Positions 1 through 8,924 of a stretch of 40,008 nt of DNA are shown here, piece after piece; position 1 is the stretch's first letter; each line of letters opens with the position of its first letter. Below the pieces are notes generated by a model. The model searched no databases. It saw only the letters and a list, made by a program, of their open reading frames with translations, and was not told where the DNA came from. Source of the DNA: Myxococcales bacterium. Its GTDB lineage: Bacteria; Myxococcota_A; UBA9042. The stretch lies in assembly GCA_037441385.1 (NCBI GenBank), contig JBBISH010000056.1, positions 1 through 40,008 on the forward strand. Direction: 5' to 3'. The position numbers and the translations under genes were made by a program.

Positions 1-87
1 AGGGGTCCCCGCGGTGAGCGAAGCGAGCGAGCCGTGACTCAATTTCACGGCGAGAGCGGGGTCGGCCGAAGGCCGGGGGTGAGGGCT
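1..87. repeat. REP-like palindromic intergenic repeat (partial, at window edge)
   Basis: Bases 1-31 are the near-exact reverse complement of ~35487-35517 (CTCGCTCGCTTCGCTCACCGCGG.GACCCCT). GGGTCGGCCG.AGGCCGGGGGTGAGGGC (~58-86) recurs directly at ~35586-35613. Confidence 0.7.
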
Positions 88-147
88 ATTCGCGCCATCC
101 GACAGCAAATCCATGGCAAGGCGCAGACCAATTCTCAGGAGGATCCC

Positions 148-1269
148 ATGGCCGCCACTCAAAACCTGCAGCGCATCGCCCGCGATGGGCTCTCGTACCA
201 GCAGCTGTTGCCCTTGATCGAGGCCGCGTTGCGCGCCGACGCGCCGGTGCTGCTGCGCGGTCACCCCGGCGTGGGCAAGTCCGCCCTGGCTGCCGAGCTC
301 GCCGAGCGCTTGCACCTGCCTCTGCTGGATCTACGCCTCGCCCAGAAGGATCCTGCCGAGCTGGCCGGCATCTACGCGCCCAACGCCGCCCGCACCGGGC
401 TGGAGCTGCTGCCGCCCGACTGGGCCCTGCAGCTGGCCGAGCGGCCGATGCTGTTGTTCTTGGACGAGATCAACGCCGCCGTGACCAAGCTGCACCAGGC
501 CGCGGCCTACCAGCTGGTGCTGGAGCGGCGGGTGGGGCCGGTGCGCTTCCACCCCCAGACGCGGGTGCTGGCGGCGGGCAACCTGGACGAGGACCGCGCG
601 CTGGCGACGCCGCTGTCCACGGCGCTCCTCAACCGCTTCGTGCACTTTCGCCTGCGGGTCGACGCCGCGGACTGGCTGCAGTGGGCACGGGATCAGGGGC
701 TGCACCTGGGCATTTGCGACTACATCGAGGCCCACGGCCGCCGCGGTGCCCAGCTGCTGTACCAGAACAGCGGTCAAGACGCGTTTGCGACGCCGCGTTC
801 GTGGGCCCAGGCGGCGCGGCTGTTGGCCACGGTGGGCAAGCGCGACGGGCTGCTGTTGTTGGCGGCGAGCGTGGGGCCTACCGCAGCGGAGCAGTACCAG
901 CGCTGGCAGCAGCTGGCGGGCAAGGTGTCGCCGCGGGCCATCGTCGTGGACGGCAAGCTGCCCGACCTGGGCGCCGCGCCGCTGAACGACCCGTCGCTGC
1001 GCTTGAACCTGCTGTACGGCGTGGCCGACTACCTGGCCGGCGAGGCCGAGACCGACAGTGAGCCGCGGCCCGAGCGCTGGCTGCAGCACGTCGCGCAGTT
1101 TCTGGCGCTGCCTGACCTGGACGTGGAGCACGCCGTGCTGTTCCTGCGGCGGTTGCCGGTGGGCGTGCGGCGCCAGCTGGAGGTGAGCCCGCACTTTGCC
1201 AGCCTGGCGGCGCGGTTGGTCGACGTGCAGCTGGCCAACTTGGAGGGCGAGCATGCCCGCGCCGCCTAG
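148..1269 (+). CDS. MoxR-like AAA+ ATPase (AAA_5 type)
   Basis: Walker A GHPGVGKS, Walker B LLFLDEIN, AAGN sensor, ALLNRF arginine finger and TPRSW motif. AGGAGG RBS precedes ATG 148. Confidence 0.85.
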   Translation: MAATQNLQRIARDGLSYQQLLPLIEAALRADAPVLLRGHPGVGKSALAAELAERLHLPLLDLRLAQKDPAELAGIYAPNAARTGLELLPPDWALQLAERPMLLFLDEINAAVTKLHQAAAYQLVLERRVGPVRFHPQTRVLAAGNLDEDRALATPLSTALLNRFVHFRLRVDAADWLQWARDQGLHLGICDYIEAHGRRGAQLLYQNSGQDAFATPRSWAQAARLLATVGKRDGLLLLAASVGPTAAEQYQRWQQLAGKVSPRAIVVDGKLPDLGAAPLNDPSLRLNLLYGVADYLAGEAETDSEPRPERWLQHVAQFLALPDLDVEHAVLFLRRLPVGVRRQLEVSPHFASLAARLVDVQLANLEGEHARAA

Positions 1270-2533
1270 CCAACCTCTGCCAACCGCAGCGCTCCGCGAC
1301 CGCCTGAGCCAACTGCGGATGCAGCTGCTCAGCGCCTACCCGTTCTGGGGCACGCTGCTGTGCGAGGTCGACCTGCTGTGGTCGGCGTCCCTGCCGACGT
1401 TCGCCGCCACCAACGGCGTCGACCGCATCTGGCTGCACCCCGAGCTGTGCGCGCTCTTGGCGCCGCGCCAGCTGGGGTTCGTGGTGCTGCACGAGCTGTA
1501 TCACATCGTGTACGAGACCCTGGGGCGCGAGCAGAACCGGCAGCGCGGCCTGTGGAACCGCGCCAGCGACTACGCCATCAACCGGCAGGTGGCGGCGCTG
1601 GGTCGGCGCGATGGCTACCGCTGGGTGGCCGACTGGCAGGCGCCCGAGATCGAGTTGCCCGGCCTGGGCAGGGTGCAGATCCTCCGCGATGGGCGCTTCG
1701 ACTCCCTGCCGGCCGAGGCGATCTACGTCGTCCTGGGGCGGCAGCCGCAGCAGGCCGTCGCCCAGGGTCCGGCCGTCGAGCTGCCCGACTGCCAAGGCGG
1801 CACGGCCCTTTCGGACCCCGACCACCGCGGCGGTGTCGACGTGCATGTCCCCCTTGTCGGGTCGGCCGAGGCCCAGCAGGCGCGGCGCGATGCGGCCACC
1901 GAGCGGCTGGCCCGCGTGGCGCAGGCGGCCAAAGACCTGGTGCCCGGGCCCTTGCCCCTGGACCTCGACCGTTGGCTCGGCGAGCTGCGGCCCGGTCAGC
2001 AGGACTGGCAGGCCCTCTTGCGGCGCTACTTGTCCGAGGTGGGCGCGGCCGTCGAACGGAGCTGGCAGCGCCCGCACCGCCGCTGGCTGACCCAGGCACC
2101 GGCCGGCGAGACCTGGCTGGTGCCTGGGCCGCTGCCCGAGGCCGACGGCTGCGTGGTGCTGGCCATCGACACCTCGGGCTCGATGCGCGACGGGCACCTG
2201 CAGGCCATCGCCAGCGAGCTGGCCGCGCTGGACGATCGGGTGAGCGAGCTGTGGCTGGTCTGCGCCGACGCCAAGGTGCAGGCGGTGCTGCCGCCCGGCC
2301 AGCTGCGCGGGTTTCTGGCCCAGCGGAAGCTGCCGGGTGGAGGGGGAACGGACCACCGGCCGCTGTTCGAGTGGCTGGCCCGCCAGCCGTTTCGGCCGGA
2401 GGTGGTGCTGTGCTACACGGACCTGCAGACGACGTTGCCCGAGCGCGGGCCCGGATGCCCGGTGCTGTGGCTGGTGCCGAAGGGGGCGCAAGTGTTGGCG
2501 AGGCCTGGGTTTGGCGTGGTGGTGAGGGTGTAG
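1253..2533 (+). CDS. HExxH metallopeptidase-like plus VWA domain protein (DUF2201-like), partner of the AAA ATPase
   Basis: TFAATNG, HELYH, WNRASDYAIN, MIDAS-like AIDTSGSM, GGGGTD and YTD motifs. Start overlaps the end of the ATPase gene. Confidence 0.85.
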   Translation: MPAPPSQPLPTAALRDRLSQLRMQLLSAYPFWGTLLCEVDLLWSASLPTFAATNGVDRIWLHPELCALLAPRQLGFVVLHELYHIVYETLGREQNRQRGLWNRASDYAINRQVAALGRRDGYRWVADWQAPEIELPGLGRVQILRDGRFDSLPAEAIYVVLGRQPQQAVAQGPAVELPDCQGGTALSDPDHRGGVDVHVPLVGSAEAQQARRDAATERLARVAQAAKDLVPGPLPLDLDRWLGELRPGQQDWQALLRRYLSEVGAAVERSWQRPHRRWLTQAPAGETWLVPGPLPEADGCVVLAIDTSGSMRDGHLQAIASELAALDDRVSELWLVCADAKVQAVLPPGQLRGFLAQRKLPGGGGTDHRPLFEWLARQPFRPEVVLCYTDLQTTLPERGPGCPVLWLVPKGAQVLARPGFGVVVRV

Positions 2534-2550
2534 GCGGGCAGGGTGGTGGT

Positions 2551-2574
2551 CTTAGTTGTGGTGGGGGAACTACC
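2551..2574 (-). repeat. 24-bp site copy A (degenerate)
   Basis: Reverse complement reads GGTAGTTCCCCCACCACAACTAAG; lies 17 bp after the VWA gene stop. Confidence 0.85.
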
Positions 2575-2637
2575 AGCGTAGAGGATGGCGAGTAGCGCTG
2601 AACCTGTGAGGGAAACCTGGGCGATGCTGGGCACTTG

Positions 2638-2710
2638 GCCCTCACCCCGCCGCTACGCGGCACCCCTCTCCCAAAGCATTGGGCGAGGGGTATGGCAATG
2701 TTCCCATTGC
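2638..2710. repeat. REP-like palindromic repeat
   Basis: GCCCTCACCCC...CCCCTCTCCCAAAGCATTGGGCGAGGGG hairpins; similar to ~35515-35560. Confidence 0.65.
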
Positions 2711-2767
2711 AGTTTTTGGATCGCAAGGTCATCGCGATTGCGGAGGATTGGTCCAGGGGCTGGCGGC

Positions 2768-2791
2768 CATAGTTGTGGCGGGGGAACTATG
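2768..2791 (-). repeat. 24-bp site copy B (consensus)
   Basis: CATAGTTGTGGCGGGGGAACTATG, the exact reverse complement of 12417-12440. Confidence 0.95.
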
Positions 2792-2861
2792 CCAGCCGCC
2801 GCAGTCCTGGGGTGAGGGTCAGCCTCCAAGAAGATTCAACAAGTAAGGAGAGGATCAAGGA

Positions 2862-3932
2862 ATGCGCGACGAAAGCAACCAAAACCTCAGCTGGTTCCAG
2901 CATCTCGCCGGCTTCGCCGAGGCGGACTACCCCAGCACCCAGGCGTGCCTGGCCATGGACGGGCACGTTTTGCTGGCGGGCGGGCGGCGCTGGCAGGTAG
3001 GGCCCTTTGCCACACCCAGCCTGGCCGAGCTGCGGCAGCAAGTGGCCCAGGTTCAGCAGACGGGCCCGCTGCGACCGCCGATCCGCTGGGCCGACGCGGT
3101 GGTGGGCGATGTGCGGGCCATGCACCGCGACCCGGCCTGGAACGGTGCGGTGTTTCAGGTCGCGTCGCAGTTCAACATGCTGGAGATGACCAGACCGGAG
3201 GTGACGCCCGAGGCCGGCGTGACCCGCTATGCCTCGGACCATACTCAAGGGCCAGCGTGCGCCATTGCCTGTGGGGCCGCGACCTTGTACCGCAACTACC
3301 TGGTGCCAGTAGCGAACGGCGGTGGCATGGGCGGCCAGGGTGACCCGCTCGGCCAGACCCGCGACCGCCAGCTGGACGGGGCCGCGGACCTGCGCGCCGA
3401 GCTGGCCTTCCGGGTGGGGTGCGCGGCCAAGGACCTGTGGCAGATGCGCAACGGCTACCTGTGGCCCAGCCGCGACGGGTTGACGCGGGTGGCCGAGTAT
3501 CTGCGCGGGCTTGCCGAGCCGGAGCGCGACCAGCTGCGGCAGCTGCTGCGGGTCGGCTGGCACGCGGACACGCAGGTGACGGACCGCGGCGCTGCGCCGG
3601 ACCAGCGGGTGGGGCAGGTGTTTTGCTCGGCGCTGCCGGTGGGGTATGTGCGCGGGTTGGCGACGAGTCTGTGGGAGCCGCTGGCGACCCTGGTGCTGGA
3701 GGCCTGCTACGAGGCGACCTTGCTGTGTGCGGTGTTGCGGGCCGAGGGGCAGGGCGCTGGCCTGGGCGCCGGACTGGGCGGGAGTGCGGCCAAGCCGACG
3801 ACGCTGCTGTACACGCATGTTGGCGGCGGGGTGTTTGGCAACGAGGAGCGGTGGATTTTGGCGGCGGTCGAGCGGTTGCGCGGGCTCAAGGTTGCCGGGG
3901 CGGTGGCGGTTCGGCGGGTGAGGTTTGGGTGA
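2862..3932 (+). CDS. Conserved hypothetical protein, probable macrodomain/PARG-like ADP-ribose-processing enzyme
   Basis: FQVASQFNMLEM, YASDHTQGPACAIACG, QVFCSALPVGY, LEACYEATL and C-terminal VGGGVFGN (resembles the macrodomain diphosphate-binding loop). Purine-rich RBS. The function is inferred. Confidence 0.55.
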   Translation: MRDESNQNLSWFQHLAGFAEADYPSTQACLAMDGHVLLAGGRRWQVGPFATPSLAELRQQVAQVQQTGPLRPPIRWADAVVGDVRAMHRDPAWNGAVFQVASQFNMLEMTRPEVTPEAGVTRYASDHTQGPACAIACGAATLYRNYLVPVANGGGMGGQGDPLGQTRDRQLDGAADLRAELAFRVGCAAKDLWQMRNGYLWPSRDGLTRVAEYLRGLAEPERDQLRQLLRVGWHADTQVTDRGAAPDQRVGQVFCSALPVGYVRGLATSLWEPLATLVLEACYEATLLCAVLRAEGQGAGLGAGLGGSAAKPTTLLYTHVGGGVFGNEERWILAAVERLRGLKVAGAVAVRRVRFG

Positions 3933-3966
3933 GCCCGCGTGACAGCCGGAAAGACGGGCAACGGCG

Positions 3967-4284
3967 TCACTTGCCCATCGCGCCCAGCAGCCGATGACCC
4001 TGAAAAACCGTCAGCACTTCGACACTTTCCTTCTGGATGCGGTACACAACACGATACTTGCCGTGGATCAACTCGCGAATCTCCTCCCGGCCAAACTCGG
4101 GCACCTTGCGGCCAAGGCGAGGCTAGTGCGGCAGCCGATCTGCTGCGGCCACCAACTGCTCGACCCACTGCACCGCCGCAACCGGGTCGTCCGCAGCGAT
4201 GAAGTCCGCAATGGCCTCCAGGTCGCGCCCCGCCTGGTCGGTTCAGACCAGAGCAAGAGGTGTCTGTCGTTTGGCTGCCTTCAA
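3967..4284 (-). pseudogene. ParE/RelE-family toxin with two in-frame stop codons
   Basis: One frame reads MKAAKRQTPLALV*TDQAGRDLEAIADFIAADDPVAAVQWVEQLVAAADRLPH*PRLGRKVPEFGREEIRELIHGKYRVVYRIQKESVEVLTVFQGHRLLGAMGK. Stops are TGA at 4245-4243 and TAG at 4125-4123. The TTG start overlaps the antitoxin stop. Confidence 0.85.
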
Positions 4285-4571
4285 GCCGCACCCCTTCCGT
4301 GCCGCTGGCGGATCCGGGTCAGCACGGCCTCAGACGGCTGGACGCGTCCGGCATCCGCATCGGCCAGGCCGGCCTCGACGGCCGCGACAAAGCGGGCCTG
4401 CTCCGTCAAGGCGTCGTACGCGGCAGGCGAGAGGACGACGCCAGCCGCCTTACCGTTTTGGGTGACGACGACAGGCGAGCCGGTCGCGGCGACCTTGCGG
4501 AGCCACTCGGCGATTTGCGACTTGAATTCGCTGACAGGGACGATGTCTTCGGCGGTGTTGATCGTTGGCAC
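4281..4571 (-). CDS. Phd/YefM-family antitoxin
   Basis: DIVPVSEFKSQIAEWLRKV...PVVVTQNGKAAGVVLSPAAYD; GGAG RBS before GTG 4571. Confidence 0.9.
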   Translation of the reverse strand: MPTINTAEDIVPVSEFKSQIAEWLRKVAATGSPVVVTQNGKAAGVVLSPAAYDALTEQARFVAAVEAGLADADAGRVQPSEAVLTRIRQRHGRGAA

Positions 4572-4606
4572 GGCGACTCCGAGGGATGCGGATGGACCCG
4601 AATCCG

Positions 4607-4641
4607 GGTCTAAGTTTAGACCTGGTCGGGGGGCGAGGCAA
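4607..4641 (-). promoter_or_regulatory. Sigma70-like promoter of phd-parE with a palindromic operator
   Basis: Minus strand TTGCCT-17 bp-TAAACT. The palindrome GGTCTAA-GT-TTAGACC (4607-4622) overlaps the -10, as is typical of TA autoregulation. Confidence 0.6.
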
Positions 4642-4672
4642 GCCACGCGTGGCCAACCTAGACCGCTCGACC

Positions 4673-4701
4673 TTGACGTGTGAAGTCAGTTCACGTACAG
4701 T
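4673..4701 (+). promoter_or_regulatory. Sigma70-like promoter of the mqsRA-like operon with an inverted repeat
   Basis: TTGACG-17 bp-TACAGT, with GTGAA-N5-TTCAC (4680-4694) in the spacer. Confidence 0.6.
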
Positions 4702-4716
4702 CGTCACGGAGGCGCC

Positions 4717-5112
4717 GTGAAGGCCAAGAAACCCCATTGGGAACTCGATCGCGTCAAGGCCCTGGCCGCCCAGGGCAAGCTGTTCCTGACCAAGACCAAG
4801 GCCCAGCGGTTCTTCCCGGATGCTGCAAGCGCCGTTGCGACCGCCAAGGCGACGATCGCCGACCTGTCCGAGCGCCAGTTTGCCGAGACGTTGCACCAAG
4901 GTGACGTTTGCGATGTGTACGGCGTCCGTATTGGCGGAGCTGGCTGGTATCTGAAGATTACGATTGACGATTTGCGGGTCGTAGTTTCCCTACACCCGCT
5001 GCAGCGACCGCTGCGGACTAACGCCGGCATGATTGGCGGCGCTTCGGGTGGTGCCAGTTCTGCCGACAAACCTGCCCAGGGGGCTGGAGGCGATAGCGAT
5101 GAAATGCCATAG
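4717..5112 (+). CDS. mqsR: MqsR-like toxin (mRNA interferase)
   Basis: KPHWELDRVKAL...DVY...YLKITI...VVVSLH pattern; GGAGG RBS; immediately upstream of a Zn-ribbon/HTH antitoxin. Confidence 0.65.
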   Translation: MKAKKPHWELDRVKALAAQGKLFLTKTKAQRFFPDAASAVATAKATIADLSERQFAETLHQGDVCDVYGVRIGGAGWYLKITIDDLRVVVSLHPLQRPLRTNAGMIGGASGGASSADKPAQGAGGDSDEMP

Positions 5113-5536
5113 CTGCCATCAAGGTACCGTGGTGCCGCTGGCCAAACCGGGGCGGACGGCGCCGTACAAGACGATTCCCAACCTGCCCGTACCCGCCGAT
5201 CTGGTCATCCCGACGTGCGACCACTGCGGCGAGGAGTGGATGACCCCCGAAGACGCCGCTCGCATCGACGCCGCCATGGAGGCCGTGTATCGAGAGGAGC
5301 TGCTGGCCAGGCTGCGGGCGGTGCTTCCTGAGCCAAGGGATGCTGGCCGGGTCGAGCGCGACTTGGGGTTGTCGCGGGGCTATCTCTCGCGGTTGCGGAA
5401 GGGTGGCCGGCCGCCCAGCGAGGTGTTGTTGGCGGTGTTGGCTTTGGTGCGGGAGGACCAGGGGAATCTGAGGAAAGTTGAGAGATTCTGGCAGATGGGA
5501 ATTCCCTACCCTGACAACGAGATCGGTGCCGAGTAG
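5099..5536 (+). CDS. mqsA: MqsA-like antitoxin (Zn ribbon plus HTH)
   Basis: MKCHSC...CDHCGEE zinc ribbon and ERDLGLSRGYLSRLRKG HTH; overlaps the toxin gene end. Confidence 0.75.
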   Translation: MKCHSCHQGTVVPLAKPGRTAPYKTIPNLPVPADLVIPTCDHCGEEWMTPEDAARIDAAMEAVYREELLARLRAVLPEPRDAGRVERDLGLSRGYLSRLRKGGRPPSEVLLAVLALVREDQGNLRKVERFWQMGIPYPDNEIGAE

Positions 5537-5587
5537 CCCCGCCGGGGCTCGTACCTCTTGCCTGTCTGGGGTACAAATCCTTTCGGT

Positions 5588-8488
5588 TCACCCAGCGCCG
5601 ACCGCGTCATCCGACACGAACTCGTTGCGGTCGACGACAACGGGCGGCAATCCGGGGCCGACGATGGGCACGCCCTGGCGTTCAGCGGCCACAAGGCGAA
5701 GGTTCAGCGCAAGCAGTCCGGATAGGATGTCTTCTTTCTTCGTCCAACCGTAGGCCTTGCGCACAGCGTCGTCGAGCTTGAGCTGCAATTCGCTTACCGG
5801 ATTCGCCGGCGTGGTCTCGACGAGCCGATACAGCTCCCGTAGCGAGAGCCCATCACGCGCCATGATTTCACGGCGCTTCAGTCGCAGTGATCGGGCCGCT
5901 TCCGCCACCGCGCGAATTTGCGCCAGGCTTGGGGTCTGCGGCCAAGGAAAGGAATCGAAGACGGTGTCGGAGGTGTAGCGCCAATCACCTTTGAGAGTTG
6001 AGCACTTCGCTCTGAACCACTCGCAGTGAATGACGGACTGAAGAACGCCGAATGAGTAGTCATCGTCGATGGGAAAGACCTGGAGGGCGTCATTGGGGTG
6101 GACACGGGCGGCGACGAACTCGAATATAGGGCGCTTCGTCACCCTCGAACATGCGATGTAGCGACAAGTCGAATCCAACTTGGCCATAAGCTCCGCACGC
6201 TCGTACGTGAGCCGCCACCAACTCCGGAGGAAGTTCGCGTGATGGTGATTCACGCGTGCATTCGGCTGGGCCGCCAGGGTTGCTTCGTTCTTTTCCGCTT
6301 CTGCTCGGGCCTTTGCATCGCGGTCGGGAAAAACCGTCGATTTGACGACGCGGAATACCTCGTCATAGCGCGCGGCCTCGAACACATCCCGGTTGCGGAA
6401 GTCAATTACGTATCGCGTCGGCAGCGAGTCCTTCTGGCCCAGCAACTCGTCGCCGGTCAGGAATGGGAACACAACCTGAGCGTAGCGCGGGTCTTTCGCC
6501 AGCAGCGCCTCGGCGGGCGCCCGGTCGAGAAGGAACCCCGTGTGACCATGGGTCTGCCCCTGATAGCAGCACCCCGAATCGCGGTTGGCGGCCAGGCTCG
6601 CGGCAGGGGTCACGTCCACGAACCGACTCAAGGCCGGTCCGATGGTCTGCACTTCGTGATACTCAAACGGAGAGTTCGTGCTGTCGCCGTTTTGAAACAC
6701 CAGCCGCTTGAGCCCAGGCTCCTCGCCCTTCACCCAATTCACAATCGACACGTGGACCGCCGCCTCACCGGACCACACTTGGGTGGACACGGCGTCAACA
6801 ATCGTCCCGCCGTTGTTGACGATGTAGTCCAGGCCTCCAACCCGACTATCGTTTTGGCGAATTGTGTTGGTTCCCACCAGCCCGGCGCGCTGGCCGGCCG
6901 CCATGAGCTCGTGCGCCTTGCGGTACCAGTAAACGCAGTAGTCCGCGCGACCAGGCACGTCGGGATATCGCTCGCGCAGGCGCGAGAGGTACGCGTTGTC
7001 CATCTCGCGCTTCATCTTGTTTTTCGACTGATACGGCGGATTGCCCACCACCACGTCGAATGCCGGCCATTCCGTCAGCAACGCGTCCTGACACAAGATG
7101 TTGTCGTCCAGGTTGTCGAGTGGCAGGCCTTGGTCGTAGTCGAGGCCTAGCGCGTTCCACCTCTTGCCGATTCGCTCGTTCCAGGCGTCTGCCGCCAGTT
7201 CTTTGGCCAGCATCATGGTCATCTTGGCAATTTCCACCGCGGTTGGAAGGACGTCCATACCGAAGAACTGCCGCGTCGTCACAACCGATATCCCCAGCGT
7301 CTTGTATCCTGCTCGACTGAAGTTTTCAGCGATTTTCTCAATGATCTGCATCTCCAAATCCTTGAGAACTCGGAACGCTACAAACAAGAAGTTGCCGCAC
7401 CCGCAAGCCGGGTCGAGCACCTTGAATGATCCGATTGCGCTGAGCAGCCCGAGAAGTTCCGTGTAGGTCTTGGCCTTGTTGATCCGAGCTTGCCACGGGA
7501 CAATTATCGACGGGCCAATGACCTTCAAGATGTCGGCCTCGCTGGTGAAGTGTGCACCGAAGGTGTGACGCTCTTGCGCGTCCATCGTTCCTTCAAAAAG
7601 TGCACCAAAAATACCAGGGTTGACGGATCTCCAGTTGCGCGCGCCGGCGCGAGCCAATAGACCAAGGGCGTGTGAATCGAGTTCAATCGGATCGACCGCG
7701 TTGAACAACCCGCCATTAAAGTACCTGACGTCTTTGAACCGCCCGGCCTTGGCACGCTCGGGTGATGCCATCTGTCGGAATAGCGCTCCGAGCAGATCGT
7801 AGGAACTGACTCCCGATTGGCACTCGCGGACGAGTTCTGAGAACAGGCCATTCGGCAGCAGTCCAAAATCCTCGGAAAACAGGGCCAGGACACACTGGAG
7901 AAGGAAGTGTCGTGTGCGGGTTGGATCTTCTTTCCGTTCAAATACCAAGTACTTGAATAGGTCGCCCAAAGTTCCGGCGACATCGCGAGAGATGGCCTCC
8001 ACGTTGTGATGGAAGATCGGAGCGCGGGGTTGTGGCAGAAGGAAGTTCAGGGCGGCAACTCGGTCCGGCAGTTCGCTGAGTGCAACATCGTCCACTTGGG
8101 TCAACTGCCGATAGATCAGTATCCGGTCGAAGTTGCACAGCACGATGTATTCTGGTTTCTGCGCGCCCGGGCCGATCACGACCTCCGGGTTCATCTGAAT
8201 CCAGTAGTCGCGCGCCTGTGGAAAGTGCTTCTTCAGATCCTTCTCAGACCGCTTTTTCATCTCGATGAGCACGCCTGGCCGACCTGGGGCAACCCACAGG
8301 CAGTCGGCGAATTTCGTGCCGCCTTCCGAAAACTTGATGCGAGCTTCCAGTGTTCCGTTCGCCTCGATGATCCCGCCGTGGCCAAAGGCGCGGAACAGCC
8401 GGTCGCAGAACAGCTGCGCCTCGCCCTTCTCGTCACCCTTGAGCTTGGCTGCAAAATCCAGGAAATTCTGAAGTGCTTCGTTGTCCAT
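5588..8488 (-). CDS. Type IIL/IIG restriction-modification enzyme (MmeI/YeeA-like, N6-adenine methyltransferase plus endonuclease)
   Basis: N-terminal D...IEMK nuclease motif, YFNGGLF, GAHFTS, LDPACGCGNF (SAM binding), GNPPY (catalytic) and a C-terminal TRD-like region ending in YTSDTVFDSFPWP. GGAG RBS before ATG 8488. Confidence 0.9.
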   Translation of the reverse strand: MDNEALQNFLDFAAKLKGDEKGEAQLFCDRLFRAFGHGGIIEANGTLEARIKFSEGGTKFADCLWVAPGRPGVLIEMKKRSEKDLKKHFPQARDYWIQMNPEVVIGPGAQKPEYIVLCNFDRILIYRQLTQVDDVALSELPDRVAALNFLLPQPRAPIFHHNVEAISRDVAGTLGDLFKYLVFERKEDPTRTRHFLLQCVLALFSEDFGLLPNGLFSELVRECQSGVSSYDLLGALFRQMASPERAKAGRFKDVRYFNGGLFNAVDPIELDSHALGLLARAGARNWRSVNPGIFGALFEGTMDAQERHTFGAHFTSEADILKVIGPSIIVPWQARINKAKTYTELLGLLSAIGSFKVLDPACGCGNFLFVAFRVLKDLEMQIIEKIAENFSRAGYKTLGISVVTTRQFFGMDVLPTAVEIAKMTMMLAKELAADAWNERIGKRWNALGLDYDQGLPLDNLDDNILCQDALLTEWPAFDVVVGNPPYQSKNKMKREMDNAYLSRLRERYPDVPGRADYCVYWYRKAHELMAAGQRAGLVGTNTIRQNDSRVGGLDYIVNNGGTIVDAVSTQVWSGEAAVHVSIVNWVKGEEPGLKRLVFQNGDSTNSPFEYHEVQTIGPALSRFVDVTPAASLAANRDSGCCYQGQTHGHTGFLLDRAPAEALLAKDPRYAQVVFPFLTGDELLGQKDSLPTRYVIDFRNRDVFEAARYDEVFRVVKSTVFPDRDAKARAEAEKNEATLAAQPNARVNHHHANFLRSWWRLTYERAELMAKLDSTCRYIACSRVTKRPIFEFVAARVHPNDALQVFPIDDDYSFGVLQSVIHCEWFRAKCSTLKGDWRYTSDTVFDSFPWPQTPSLAQIRAVAEAARSLRLKRREIMARDGLSLRELYRLVETTPANPVSELQLKLDDAVRKAYGWTKKEDILSGLLALNLRLVAAERQGVPIVGPGLPPVVVDRNEFVSDDAVGAG

Positions 8489-8543
8489 TCTTGGCGACTC
8501 CATGTTGGCATGGCTGGTTTTGTAGGCGCAGTGGGAGCCACGC

Positions 8544-8570
8544 AGGTTGCTGCCGAGCAACCTTTGTCAA
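8544..8570 (-). promoter_or_regulatory. Putative promoter/operator of the RM gene
   Basis: TTGACA on the minus strand (8570-8565) followed by the palindrome AGGTTGCT-GCCG-AGCAACCT (8544-8563). Confidence 0.45.
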
Positions 8571-8924
8571 GCTTGGTGGCCGGACACGGTGCAGTTCCTG
8601 TAGCAAGTAGGGCCGCGACACTCTTTGAACCAATTTTGAATCCGGATCCTCCGGCCTCAAGAAGTCACGGTGTTCCGTACGGCAGTCTCCAGGGCACCCG
8701 CCACGACCATAGCAGCCTGCCGCCGAAGCGTCTAGCCGCGCACCAATGGCCCAGACGTAGCGGCAAACGGGGCTTGCCTGCCTGTTGACCCCGGCTGAGT
8801 GCGTGAAGGTAGAACCGTGCAGCTCTCTTTTGGCCATGGCTGCCGTCGACTATGCTTCGCGGGACGGCCAGGTCCCACCGACCGGCAACCGAAACTGACA
8901 AGCAGACCCTAGGCTGAGGACACC

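Noticed and set aside
3707..4291. ORF-track entries 3707-4291(-), 4068-4256(-) and 3994-4683(+)
   Set aside because: Better explained by the interrupted ParE frame 3967-4284 and the Phd gene.
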